Shown piece after piece: positions 1 through 8,685 of a stretch of DNA of 64,000 nt. The stretch comes from Gemmatimonadales bacterium (lineage in GTDB: Bacteria > Gemmatimonadota > Gemmatimonadetes > Gemmatimonadales > GWC2-71-9): assembly GCA_041602035.1 (NCBI GenBank), contig JBFIHA010000001.1, positions 74,941 through 138,940 of the forward strand, in the 5' to 3' direction. A program made the position numbers and the translations under genes. The first letter of the stretch is position 1. Every line of letters begins with the position of its first letter. The notes below the pieces were generated by a model. The model did not search any database and had not been told where the DNA came from. It saw only the letters and a program-made list of their open reading frames with translations.

Positions 1-789
1 GACGGGTCATTGGATCACTTGTGCGCGACGCTGCTGGATGCGGCAGGCTACCCCTACACCGGCTCGGCGCCGCTGGCGCTTCAGGTGACGCGCGATAAGG
101 CGATGAGCAAGAAGATCCTCGCGTTTCACGGGGTGAAGGTGCCGCCGTTCGTGATGTACCGGACGCGCGAACGGGTGACGGAGCCTCCGCCGTTCGACTT
201 CCCGCTCATTGTGAAACCGCTCGCCGCCGATGCGTCAGCTGGCATCGCCAAAGCGTCGGTGGTGGACGACCTCGCGGCGCTGGCCGACCGCGTGGCGTTT
301 GTGCACCAGCGGTTCCGGCAGCCCGCGATCGCCGAGCAGTTCATCCGCGGCCGAGAGCTGTACGCGGGCATGCTGGGCAACGACGAGCGGCTGCAGGTCT
401 TGCCGCTCACCGAGCTGGTGTTCGACAAGGACAAGACCGAACCGGAGCAGCGCATCGCGACGCAGGCGGCCAAGTGGACGGAGACCTATCGCGAACGGTG
501 GGGCATCCGGACCGTGTTTGCTCGACCGGTGTCGGCCGTGGCGCGCGAACGCATCGAGGCCATCTGCCGCACCGCCGGGCGGGCCCTCTGGCTCCGCGAC
601 TACGCCCGGATCGACCTGCGCCTCACCGACGACGACGAGGTGTGGGTGCTCGAGGCCAATGCCAACCCGTTCATCAGCGAGGGGCACGAGATGGCCAACG
701 CCGCCGAGAAGGTGGGACTATCGTATCCGCAGTTCATCGAGCGCATCGTGCAGGAGGCGCTGGCGAGGTACGAACGGTTAGGCGGGTAG
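1..789 (+). CDS. ATP-grasp enzyme of the D-alanine--D-alanine ligase family (5' end lies outside the window)
   Basis: The reading frame is open from base 1. Motifs FPLIVKP, ELYAGMLGN and WVLEANANP are typical of the Ddl-like ATP-grasp fold. The annotated TTG at 10 is internal. Confidence 0.85.
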   Translation, partial: DGSLDHLCATLLDAAGYPYTGSAPLALQVTRDKAMSKKILAFHGVKVPPFVMYRTRERVTEPPPFDFPLIVKPLAADASAGIAKASVVDDLAALADRVAFVHQRFRQPAIAEQFIRGRELYAGMLGNDERLQVLPLTELVFDKDKTEPEQRIATQAAKWTETYRERWGIRTVFARPVSAVARERIEAICRTAGRALWLRDYARIDLRLTDDDEVWVLEANANPFISEGHEMANAAEKVGLSYPQFIERIVQEALARYERLGG

Positions 790-854
790 GCGGTCAGGTG
801 GTTGAGCGGTCGTCCTATCCCTCGATCCGACGATCCACCGACCCCACGATCCCC
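779..854 (+). repeat. composite micro-repeat element: 4 units of the octamer TRGGCGGK followed by 4 units of the octamer CGATCCNN
   Basis: Read directly: taggcggg taggcggt caggtggt tgagcggt at 779..810, then cgatccga cgatccac cgacccca cgatcccc at 823..854. The TAG of unit 2 is the stop codon of the upstream gene. Confidence 0.8.
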
Positions 855-913
855 GCTTGCCATTCCCCGGGATGGCGGTCACGTTAGTCCGGCCTTTCAA
901 TCGAGGGAGCACC

Positions 914-1339
914 ATGCGCGCTTATGTTGCAGTCCTCGCAGGCATCACCGCAGTCGGTATCACGGTGCTGTCGGCTACTCCCCCCCGGAACCCCCAGGCT
1001 CAGACGTACACGGTGAGCGTGCGGGTCGCGTGCCAGGGCACCGGCGTCGAGGTGAATGTCGACCCGTGGCGGCAGCAGCTGGCGGAGGGCGACGAACTGG
1101 ACTGGCGGCTCACCGACGATTCGGACGATGCCACCATCGCGGTGTCCCCAAAACGCGGCAACTGGCCATTTGCGGGACGCAATCCGCGGGCCGGCGGGAA
1201 AGCCGGGGGCCAGAACCAGCCGGCCAGGTCGGGAGGTCGGGCGACGGACCGGGGGAGGCACCTGTACAACATCACCATCGAGTGCGGGGGCCGCACGATC
1301 GTGATCGATCCGGAGATCATCATCGGGGAAGAGGAGTGA
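914..1339 (+). CDS. hypothetical secreted protein
   Basis: ATG at 914 is preceded by GAGGGAG. The N-terminus MRAYVAVLAGITAVGITVL is hydrophobic and signal-like. No domain recognised. Confidence 0.6.
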   Translation: MRAYVAVLAGITAVGITVLSATPPRNPQAQTYTVSVRVACQGTGVEVNVDPWRQQLAEGDELDWRLTDDSDDATIAVSPKRGNWPFAGRNPRAGGKAGGQNQPARSGGRATDRGRHLYNITIECGGRTIVIDPEIIIGEEE

Positions 1340-1633
1340 CGGGACGGATCGCAGCGCCCAGCGGTCCGGCTCGGGCGGGGGCGGCTGCGCCACGTAAGTG
1401 ATTGAATTATAGGAACTTAACGATTGCTTCCCTGGCGCGCCCCGGGCGCCGGCGGGCCCGTCCGCTGAGGAAGCCGCTCCACTGCCGTTTGGGGCTGGGG
1501 AGCCGGATCCGGTCGCGTATCTCCCGGTCCGACTTGCGTTTCCGGACTAGGTTTCCTACCTTGGCATTCGCGTCGGCGCGAGGTTCACTTGCTCTGAGCA
1601 GCGCAAACAAACCTCCAGCACCATGCCCGACGT

Positions 1634-1668
1634 AACGGTCCCGCCTTTGGCGGGGCCGTTTTCTTTCC
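1634..1668 (+). terminator. intrinsic terminator-like hairpin with a U-rich tail
   Basis: 1634..1645 pairs with 1649..1660 (12 bp including one G-U, TTT loop). The stem runs into the T-rich tail GTTTTCTTTCC. Confidence 0.6.
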
Positions 1669-1812
1669 ACCCTTCCAGGTACGCCGAGTGCCCCACGTTC
1701 CAATGTGAAACGGATGGGAAACCCACCGAGTATCGATATTCCGAGTCTGGAGCCAGGAATCCCCGAACGGAGCCCGGACTGGCCCGCCGGACCCGATGCT
1801 GGAGAGCGGCGC

Positions 1813-2718
1813 ATGACACCGAGTTGGAAGGCCGACCACATTCCCGATCAAGCGGGCCGCCTCGCCATCGTGACGGGCGCCAACAGCGGCATTGGGTACG
1901 AAACGGCCAAAGCGCTGGCAAAGGCCGGAGCCACGGTCATTCTCGCCTGTCGCAGCCGCGCGAAGGGCCAGGAGGCCGTCCAGCGCATCCGCGCGGAGCA
2001 TCCGCAGGCGCGGGTGAGCGTCGAGACGCTCGATCTCGCGAGCCTCGCCTCCGTACGGGCGTTTGCCGCGGCGGTGGGTGGCGAACACGAGCGCCTGGAC
2101 CTTCTCATCAACAACGCCGGCGTCATGATGCCGCCGGAACACACCCTCACCGAAGACGGCTTCGAGCTTCAGTTCGGAATCAACCACCTGGGGCACTTTG
2201 CCCTCACGGGCCTTCTCGTTGACCTCATGCGGGGGATTGAGGGGTCCCGCGTGGTGACCGTGAGCAGTTCGGCACACCGCTGGGGCGAGATCGACTTCGG
2301 CGATCTCAATTGGGAGCGACGTCGGTACCAACGAATGCCGGCGTACGGGCAGAGCAAGCTGGCCAACCTGCTGTTCACGTTCGAGTTGCAGCGGCGGCTC
2401 GAGCAGGCCGGGGCGGCCACCGCCGCGCTCGCCGCGCATCCCGGCTGGACCGGCACCAACCTGCAACGGCACAGCGGGGCGTTCCGGCGCCTCAATCCCC
2501 TGTTCTCCATGAAGCCCTGGCAGGGCGCTCTCCCCACGCTGTACGCGGCGACGGCCCCCGATGCCCTTGGCGGCGAGTATTACGGCCCGGACGGGATGAT
2601 GGAGATCCGCGGCTATCCGACGCGGGTTGCCACCAACGAGGCGGCGCGCGACATCGAGGCGGCCACGCGGTTGTGGAGCGTGTCTGAGGACCTGACGGGG
2701 GTGAAGCTGGGCGGGTAG
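1813..2718 (+). CDS. short-chain dehydrogenase/reductase (SDR) family oxidoreductase
   Basis: TGANSGIGYETA Rossmann motif, NNAG motif and YGQSK catalytic motif. The start at MTPSW is preceded by GGAGAG. The upstream part of ORF 1705 is probably not translated. Confidence 0.9.
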   Translation: MTPSWKADHIPDQAGRLAIVTGANSGIGYETAKALAKAGATVILACRSRAKGQEAVQRIRAEHPQARVSVETLDLASLASVRAFAAAVGGEHERLDLLINNAGVMMPPEHTLTEDGFELQFGINHLGHFALTGLLVDLMRGIEGSRVVTVSSSAHRWGEIDFGDLNWERRRYQRMPAYGQSKLANLLFTFELQRRLEQAGAATAALAAHPGWTGTNLQRHSGAFRRLNPLFSMKPWQGALPTLYAATAPDALGGEYYGPDGMMEIRGYPTRVATNEAARDIEAATRLWSVSEDLTGVKLGG

Positions 2719-2739
2719 GCGGTTGGGCGGTTCGGCGTC
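2708..2739 (+). repeat. octamer TRGGCGGK micro-repeat (4 units) spanning the SDR stop codon
   Basis: tgggcggg taggcggt tgggcggt tcggcgtc. It shares the 14-mer GGCGGGTAGGCGGT with 781..794. Confidence 0.75.
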
Positions 2740-4147
2740 ATGAATCGGCGGCGGGCAACCACACGGTGAACGTGCTGCCCGCGCCGACCCTGCTCTCCAC
2801 CTCGATCCGTCCACCTTGCAGCTCTGTGAGCGTGCGGGCGATGGCGAGGCCCAGCCCAACGCCGCCATGGGCTCGGCTGCGGGATTTCTCGACCCGATAG
2901 AAGCGGTCGAAGATGTGGTGGACATCATGGGGGGGTATTCCCGACCCGGTGTCTTGGACGGCGACGCCCACCGTGGACCCATCTCGTCGCGGCGTGATGG
3001 TCACGGACCCCTTCGCCGTGTGCCTAACGGCATTGGTGACGATGTTCAGCACGACCTGGCGGGCGTAGCGGGAGTCGCCCAGGGCCACCGTCGGTCGATC
3101 GAGGTGGTTGTACACGGTGACGTCACGCCCGGTCGCCATGGCGTCGGCGATCTCCTTGGCGTCGCGTGCAATCGCACTCAGGTCGAACGGCTCCCGCTCG
3201 ACGTCCAGTGCGCGATTGTCGCTGCGGGCGAGGAGCAGCAAGTCATCCACCAGCTTGCCTGTCCGTTCCACCTCGCTGCCGATCGCCGCTAGGGCATCCC
3301 GCATTTCGTCGACGGTGCGACGATCGTCAAGTGCCCACTGTGCCTGCGCTCTCAAGTACGTGAGTGGCGTGCGCAACTCGTGGCTCGCGTCGGCCGTGAA
3401 TGCCTCGAGCGCTCGGTGCGCGCTCTCCACGCGGGCGATGAGGCGGTTGATCGCGGCGGCGATCTGAGATATCTCCACGACGCCGGTCGGCTCGGCTACG
3501 CGACGGCTCAGATCGTCCGGCCCGATGCTTTGGGTCTGCGCCCGCACCTGCTCGACCGGCGCCAGCGCCGTGCTGACCGATGTCCGCGTGGCACGTCGCG
3601 CCGCCAACGCGGCCAGCGGCAGGAGCAGCAGCGCCACCCCTGCAACAGCTGCGAGCGCGACCATGTGCGGCTGCCGGCTCCCTGCGATGAAGATGTCGAA
3701 CTCCCCAGCCCGGCGGCGTAGGATGCGGTAGCGCCACCGACCCCGCTCGGCCACCGCGCGCACGATCTCCGAGTGTACATCTTCCGGGGTCGCATCCGGA
3801 CCGAGGGCCTCGATGCGCTTGGCCGGCATGGTGGGGGACAGGAAGTACACGAAATTGTCGCCCTCGGCGGTCGGCGCCGTGCGGGTGATGATGAAGCGCG
3901 CCCCCATGCCGACGAGCTGCTCCGCCAGGCTGTCCGACGCGACCGTCGTACGCTCACCGCCCGGGTCGGCGTACAGGCCGAGTAACGATTCGATGACGGT
4001 GGCGCTCTGACCCAACGACCGACCCAACGACACTTCCCCGAGCACCGCAAAGGCCCCGATCACCACCACGGCGTAGGCCGACAGCGTGAGCCAGGTGAGC
4101 CTGGAAAACCGGGCAACGAGATTGCTCGCCAGCCGTCGCTCGGTCAC
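2738..4147 (-). CDS. sensor histidine kinase (TM-HAMP-HisKA-HATPase_c)
   Basis: H-box SHELRTPLT, N-box and G-boxes (DTGSGIP, GGVGLGLAI). Its GTG start overlaps the regulator stop (GTGA). Confidence 0.92.
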   Translation of the reverse strand: MTERRLASNLVARFSRLTWLTLSAYAVVVIGAFAVLGEVSLGRSLGQSATVIESLLGLYADPGGERTTVASDSLAEQLVGMGARFIITRTAPTAEGDNFVYFLSPTMPAKRIEALGPDATPEDVHSEIVRAVAERGRWRYRILRRRAGEFDIFIAGSRQPHMVALAAVAGVALLLLPLAALAARRATRTSVSTALAPVEQVRAQTQSIGPDDLSRRVAEPTGVVEISQIAAAINRLIARVESAHRALEAFTADASHELRTPLTYLRAQAQWALDDRRTVDEMRDALAAIGSEVERTGKLVDDLLLLARSDNRALDVEREPFDLSAIARDAKEIADAMATGRDVTVYNHLDRPTVALGDSRYARQVVLNIVTNAVRHTAKGSVTITPRRDGSTVGVAVQDTGSGIPPHDVHHIFDRFYRVEKSRSRAHGGVGLGLAIARTLTELQGGRIEVESRVGAGSTFTVWLPAADS

Positions 4148-4818
4148 GGTCCCTCGAGGCGATACCCGACACCGCGCACGGTGCGGATCTCCGTGCCATC
4201 GGACATCTCGCCCAGTTTCTTCCGGAGGTAGTTGATGTACACGTCCACGACGTTGGTCCCCGGGTCGAACTGGTAGTTCCAGACCGCCTCGGCGATACGC
4301 GAGCGTGACATGGTGCGGCCGGCATTGCGCATGAGGAATTCGAGCAACGAGAACTCCCGGGGCGACAACTCGACGCTCCGGTCGCCTACCGTCACTGCTC
4401 GGTCGGCGATAACGAGACGCAGGATGCCCACCCGGAGTGCGGCGTCCTCGCGTTTGAACTGCGCCCGTCGAATGAGCGCCTGCACCCGAGCGAGCAACTC
4501 GGCGAGATCGAACGGCTTGGTCAGGTAGTCATCGGCTCCACCCTCCAACCCTTTCACTCTGTCCGTGAGCTCTCCCCGAGCGGTGAGCATGAGGACGGGG
4601 GTGTGTAGGCCGCGCTCGCGCAGGTGCCGCACGATCTGAAGCCCGTCCATGCCCGGCAGCATCAGATCCAGCACCAGGCAGTCGTACCCGCCGTCGAGAG
4701 CGGCCGAGAGCCCGTCCCCTCCCGTCGCGGCCTGATCGACGGCGTACCCCTCCTCGCGGAACGCCTTTCGCAGAAAGGCGCGCAGGTTGGTGTCGTCTTC
4801 GACGAGCAAGATCCGCAT
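4144..4818 (-). CDS. OmpR/PhoB-family response regulator
   Basis: MRILLVEDD receiver start, DLMLPGMDG, and a winged-helix C-terminus ending RTVRGVGYRL. Confidence 0.93.
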   Translation of the reverse strand: MRILLVEDDTNLRAFLRKAFREEGYAVDQAATGGDGLSAALDGGYDCLVLDLMLPGMDGLQIVRHLRERGLHTPVLMLTARGELTDRVKGLEGGADDYLTKPFDLAELLARVQALIRRAQFKREDAALRVGILRLVIADRAVTVGDRSVELSPREFSLLEFLMRNAGRTMSRSRIAEAVWNYQFDPGTNVVDVYINYLRKKLGEMSDGTEIRTVRGVGYRLEGP

Positions 4819-4885
4819 GCGCGGTACGTGGTTGAAGAAGGGCGGAGCGGGGAGGCGCAAGGCGCCTCCCCACCCGCGAGAGAAG

Positions 4886-5629
4886 TTACTTGATTCGCCG
4901 CACCGTGACACGAGCCACGGGCTCGCTCCAGCCGTGCTGCGAGGGATCCAGGAACGCCCCGCCCTGAATGCCGGGGTGCATCATCACGACGCCACCTTCG
5001 GCGACGCGCCCGTTGCCGTCGGCGGCACCGCCCACGGGTCCGATCGCCGGGCAGGCGTCTACCACGTTGGCCGACAACTCGTCGTTGGCCTCGGTGCCGG
5101 CATCGTAGCCGGCGGCATAGTACGTCTGCGGTTGGAAGCCGCGCGGCAGCTCCGCTCCTGCGAGTCCGGCGAACCCGTCGTTGGTGCAAATGAGCATGAC
5201 GGCGAGCGAGAAGCGGTTGGCATTGGCCCGCGCGGTAATGGTGCTGGTGAGCGACGTGGGCCCGGGACCGCCCACGCGATGGATGGGGGCCATGGTGGCC
5301 ACGACGTCGTCTACCCCGAGGGTGCCCGTCAACTCGGCCGCGGCCGAGCCAGGATCGCCGTCTTCGGCGATCAGGCGCAGGCCTTCGGAGGCTGCCTGCC
5401 CGGCCATGAAGAACGATGCCTGCTTGGCGTGAGTGGCGAGGACCCCGGGTGACATCGGCTGGCCGGTCGTGAGGTTGGTGATGGTGATCTCGTACTCCCG
5501 GACGGCCGCATCGGCGGCGTGCTCGACGCCCGCTGACGCGTCGAGGAGCGCGGGATCGACCACGCGGTCGGTGTCGCTACAGGCAAACGCGACGGTGGTG
5601 GCGAGCAGGACTGCGATCGGTCGGTACAT
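4886..5629 (-). CDS. spondin_N-domain lipoprotein
   Basis: Lipobox AFAC plus an AGGAGG Shine-Dalgarno. The motifs LSPGVLATH, ICTNDGF and YDAGTE match my memory of bacterial spondin_N proteins. Confidence 0.8.
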   Translation of the reverse strand: MYRPIAVLLATTVAFACSDTDRVVDPALLDASAGVEHAADAAVREYEITITNLTTGQPMSPGVLATHAKQASFFMAGQAASEGLRLIAEDGDPGSAAAELTGTLGVDDVVATMAPIHRVGGPGPTSLTSTITARANANRFSLAVMLICTNDGFAGLAGAELPRGFQPQTYYAAGYDAGTEANDELSANVVDACPAIGPVGGAADGNGRVAEGGVVMMHPGIQGGAFLDPSQHGWSEPVARVTVRRIK

Positions 5630-5925
5630 TGCTGAGCCTCCTGTGAAGTGGGATGGACGATGCTCGCAGGCACGGTAGGAGGCTCGGACGCGGCGAGTCG
5701 CCTATGTTAGAGAACTCTCACGAGGTCCTAATGACGGGCTCCGTCGCTGGCACCGTTGGACGGCCCCGCCGGATTAGAGCCGCTGGAGCCGAGCGGGGGG
5801 CTCGGACCGACGCCGGGCAGAACGCACGGGCAGTGCTTGGGCGTCATCACGACCGCCGAGGGAACCCGCGAGGGCGCGAGACATATCACAAGGGAATCGA
5901 CGAAACGAGTCACGTGCATTTAGCC

Positions 5926-7323
5926 ATGAGCCACACTCGAACCACGACGTCCGTCATCGTCAGTGCCGTCGGGCTGCTGCTCCTGCTCGCCGGCTGCCGT
6001 GGAGAGCGGCTGCGTGAGCTGTTGGGTGATTACACGCCACGCCAGCGATACGCGATGCGGCTGGTGGAAGCGGAGCTCGATCGGACCGCCCTCGGCCGGG
6101 ACTGGATGGCTGTGGCGGAGTCGGCCCTCGTGAATCCTGTCGCCGTCGCTGCCCCCTACCGGGAAGAGAGCTATCTGGATCCGCGCGAGGCCATGGCCGT
6201 TGCCTATCGGGTCACGCTTCGGCGCGGCCAGCGACTCGAGGTGGCCTTCGAGAGTGCTCCGGACAGCGGGTACCGTGTGTTCCTCGATGTATTTCGGACG
6301 CCCAGGGATTCGGGTGATGTCCCCAGGCACGTGCTGAGCGCCGACAGCCTGGAGCGGTCACTCGAGTATCTCGCTCGCCGCGACGCGGACTACCTGGTAC
6401 GTATCCAGCCCGAGCTGCTCCGCGGGGGACGCTACACCATCACGATCGTGGTCAAGCCCACCCTCGACTTCCCGGTGTCGGGGTACGATACGACCGCCAT
6501 CCGGAGCCGGTACGGCGATGCACGGGATGGAGGGCGCCGGCGCCACGAGGGGCTCGACATCTTCGCTCGCCGGGGAACGCCGGTCCTTGCGGCGGCCGAC
6601 GGGTACGTGCGTAGCACTCGTCCCAACAACCTGGGGGGCAACGTGATTTGGCTCCGCGACGACCTGGAGCGGACGCACTATTACGCGCATCTGGACAGCG
6701 TCGCCGTCTTTCGCGGATTGGTAGTGCAGGCGGGTGACACCATCGGGTTCGTGGGCAATAGCGGCAACGCTCGAACCACGCCACCGCATCTCCATTTCGG
6801 GGTCTACCAGCGCGGATCGTTCGATCCCTATCCTGCTCTCTACCGGTTGCCCGCGGTTCCGGACGCATTCTCGGGCGATCCCGATCTCGTCGGACGCCTG
6901 GCCCGGGTGAGCCGGGAGCGCACGCGAATCCGGGAGGCGCCCAACGTGGGAGCGGCCGTGGTCGCCGAGCTCGCGCGGCATACGCCGGTTCGGGTTGCGG
7001 CGGGAACCGGATCCTGGTATCGCGTGACCCTGCCCGACGGCGCAACCGGCTACCTCGCGAGCGGGCTTACCGAGCGGCTCGACGGCGCCATTCGGCGACA
7101 GACCATCGGGGCTGAAACCGATGTCCTCAGCGATCCGGATCCAGCCGCGGTGGCGGTGGACCGAATCGTCACGGGGACCGAGCTCGACGTGCTCGGTGCG
7201 TTCGGCGGCTTCGTGTTCGTGCAGGCGTCGAGCGGGAGGTACGGGTGGGTAACGCTGGACTCGAGTCCCCTGTCGCGGGCCGAGGTCAGGGGTGCGTCAA
7301 CGGGAATCGAGGAGCCCGAGTGA
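5926..7323 (+). CDS. M23 family metallopeptidase with two C-terminal SH3b-like domains
   Basis: HEGLDIF, HYYAHLD and PPHLHFGVY are M23 zinc motifs. There is an N-terminal lipoprotein-like signal (LLLAGC). The SH3b-like segments contain WYRVTLPDG and YGWVTLD. Confidence 0.88.
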   Translation: MSHTRTTTSVIVSAVGLLLLLAGCRGERLRELLGDYTPRQRYAMRLVEAELDRTALGRDWMAVAESALVNPVAVAAPYREESYLDPREAMAVAYRVTLRRGQRLEVAFESAPDSGYRVFLDVFRTPRDSGDVPRHVLSADSLERSLEYLARRDADYLVRIQPELLRGGRYTITIVVKPTLDFPVSGYDTTAIRSRYGDARDGGRRRHEGLDIFARRGTPVLAAADGYVRSTRPNNLGGNVIWLRDDLERTHYYAHLDSVAVFRGLVVQAGDTIGFVGNSGNARTTPPHLHFGVYQRGSFDPYPALYRLPAVPDAFSGDPDLVGRLARVSRERTRIREAPNVGAAVVAELARHTPVRVAAGTGSWYRVTLPDGATGYLASGLTERLDGAIRRQTIGAETDVLSDPDPAAVAVDRIVTGTELDVLGAFGGFVFVQASSGRYGWVTLDSSPLSRAEVRGASTGIEEPE

Positions 7324-7991
7324 GTCGGCGCCGCCTTCCCGCTCATCTGTGGTCCGGCCCGCTCCTCGTGGCGCTCCTCGTGGTGGGGAACGCCACCGAC
7401 GCCGGTGCCCAGGTCGAACGCACCGCCCGCGACGGATGGCAGCGGGTCGACGACGTGTTCACGGCGCTTCAAGTGGACGAGGGCGATTGGATCGCCGACG
7501 TCGGTGCCGGCAGCGGGTTCTTTTCGCTGCGGCTCAGCCCGAGAGTCGGTCCTGATGGGAGAGTGATCGCTCAGGACATCGACGCGCGGGTGTTGCGGGA
7601 GTTGCAGGAGGAGGCGGCCCGCGCCGGACTCGACAATATCCAGACCCTCGTCGGTGAGGAGGACGATCCCAAGCTCCCGGAGGGCATGTTGCACGGCGTG
7701 CTCATCGTGAACGCGTATCACGAGATGGATGAGCACGAGGCCATGCTCGCGGGGATTCGGCGCGCGCTGAGACCGCAGGGGCGGCTCGTCATTATCGATA
7801 CCCCGCCAGGCGATTCCACCACCTCTCGCAGGCGGCAGACCAGCCGCCACGACATCGCGATCGGAATCGTGGCACGGGAACTCGAGGCGGCGGGGTTTCG
7901 CGTGATCGACCAGGTCCCCGAGTTCGCCCGCTCGGGTCGGACTCGGCAGTGGCTGCTAGTCGCGGTGGTGGCCGGGGACGGGGGCCCCTGA
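7320..7991 (+). CDS. class I SAM-dependent methyltransferase with N-terminal signal peptide
   Basis: DVGAGSGFF motif I. The GTG at 7320 overlaps the M23 stop (GTGA). The N-terminus is hydrophobic and ends in AGAQ. Confidence 0.85.
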   Translation: MSRRRLPAHLWSGPLLVALLVVGNATDAGAQVERTARDGWQRVDDVFTALQVDEGDWIADVGAGSGFFSLRLSPRVGPDGRVIAQDIDARVLRELQEEAARAGLDNIQTLVGEEDDPKLPEGMLHGVLIVNAYHEMDEHEAMLAGIRRALRPQGRLVIIDTPPGDSTTSRRRQTSRHDIAIGIVARELEAAGFRVIDQVPEFARSGRTRQWLLVAVVAGDGGP

Positions 7992-8025
7992 CGGGCCGCA
8001 CGACGATCCACCCCGGTACCTTTTC

Positions 8026-8685
8026 TCAGTTGGGCGTTCGCTTGTAGCTCACCGACAGCCCACCACCCGCCCGAAAGAACTCCGTCTCCAGTCCGGGGCT
8101 GCCCTGCAGGGCCTCGACGAACTCGCTGATCCCCCGCATTCCTCGTCGGCCCCGGTCGGAAACGTTGTGGGCGGTGAAGCATCCGCCCACCGTGAGCTTG
8201 GGCAGCAGCGCCTCGAAGTACCGCGTATACCAGTCCTTGTCGGCGTCCACGAAGATGAAGTCGAACGGTCCGTCGATCGCATACACCAGTTCGTGGGCGT
8301 CGGCGAGTCGCGCGTCAATGTACGCGCTGAGGCCGGCCGCCTCGAAGTTCTCGAGGGCCTGACGGTATCGGCGTTCGTCGATCTCCACCGTTATCAGCCG
8401 GCCGCCCGTCTTGCTCATGGCCCAGGCAATCCAGATCGCCGAGTGTCCGGTGGAGGTGCCCAGTTCGAGCGCCCTGGTGTAGCCGTTCTCGACCACGAGA
8501 TCGTACAGCTTCTGACCGTCGACCTCCGGAACGTTCATGTCCCGCCATTGACGACGGTTGGCGTCGAGGAATGCTCCTACCTGACGGTCGAACGCGTCGT
8601 GTGCGGTCGGTTCTTGTGCAGCGGAGTCGGTCGCGACGGAACCGAGCAGCGAGACGACGCAGACGGCGATCGACAAGGTCTTCAT
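8026..8685 (-). CDS. O-methyltransferase family 3 (caffeoyl-CoA OMT-like) with signal peptide
   Basis: LELGTSTGHSAIW and FDFIFVDADK motifs. Signal peptide MKTLSIAVCVVSLLGSVATDSAAQ. The ATG overlaps the permease stop (ATGA). Confidence 0.88.
   Translation of the reverse strand: MKTLSIAVCVVSLLGSVATDSAAQEPTAHDAFDRQVGAFLDANRRQWRDMNVPEVDGQKLYDLVVENGYTRALELGTSTGHSAIWIAWAMSKTGGRLITVEIDERRYRQALENFEAAGLSAYIDARLADAHELVYAIDGPFDFIFVDADKDWYTRYFEALLPKLTVGGCFTAHNVSDRGRRGMRGISEFVEALQGSPGLETEFFRAGGGLSVSYKRTPN

Noticed and set aside
1402-1635. 77-aa TTG-initiated ORF in the long gap upstream of the SDR gene.
   Set aside because: It is Arg/Ser/Leu-rich and low in complexity, with no Shine-Dalgarno and a non-coding-like composition. 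The region is better explained as non-coding RNA or UTR.
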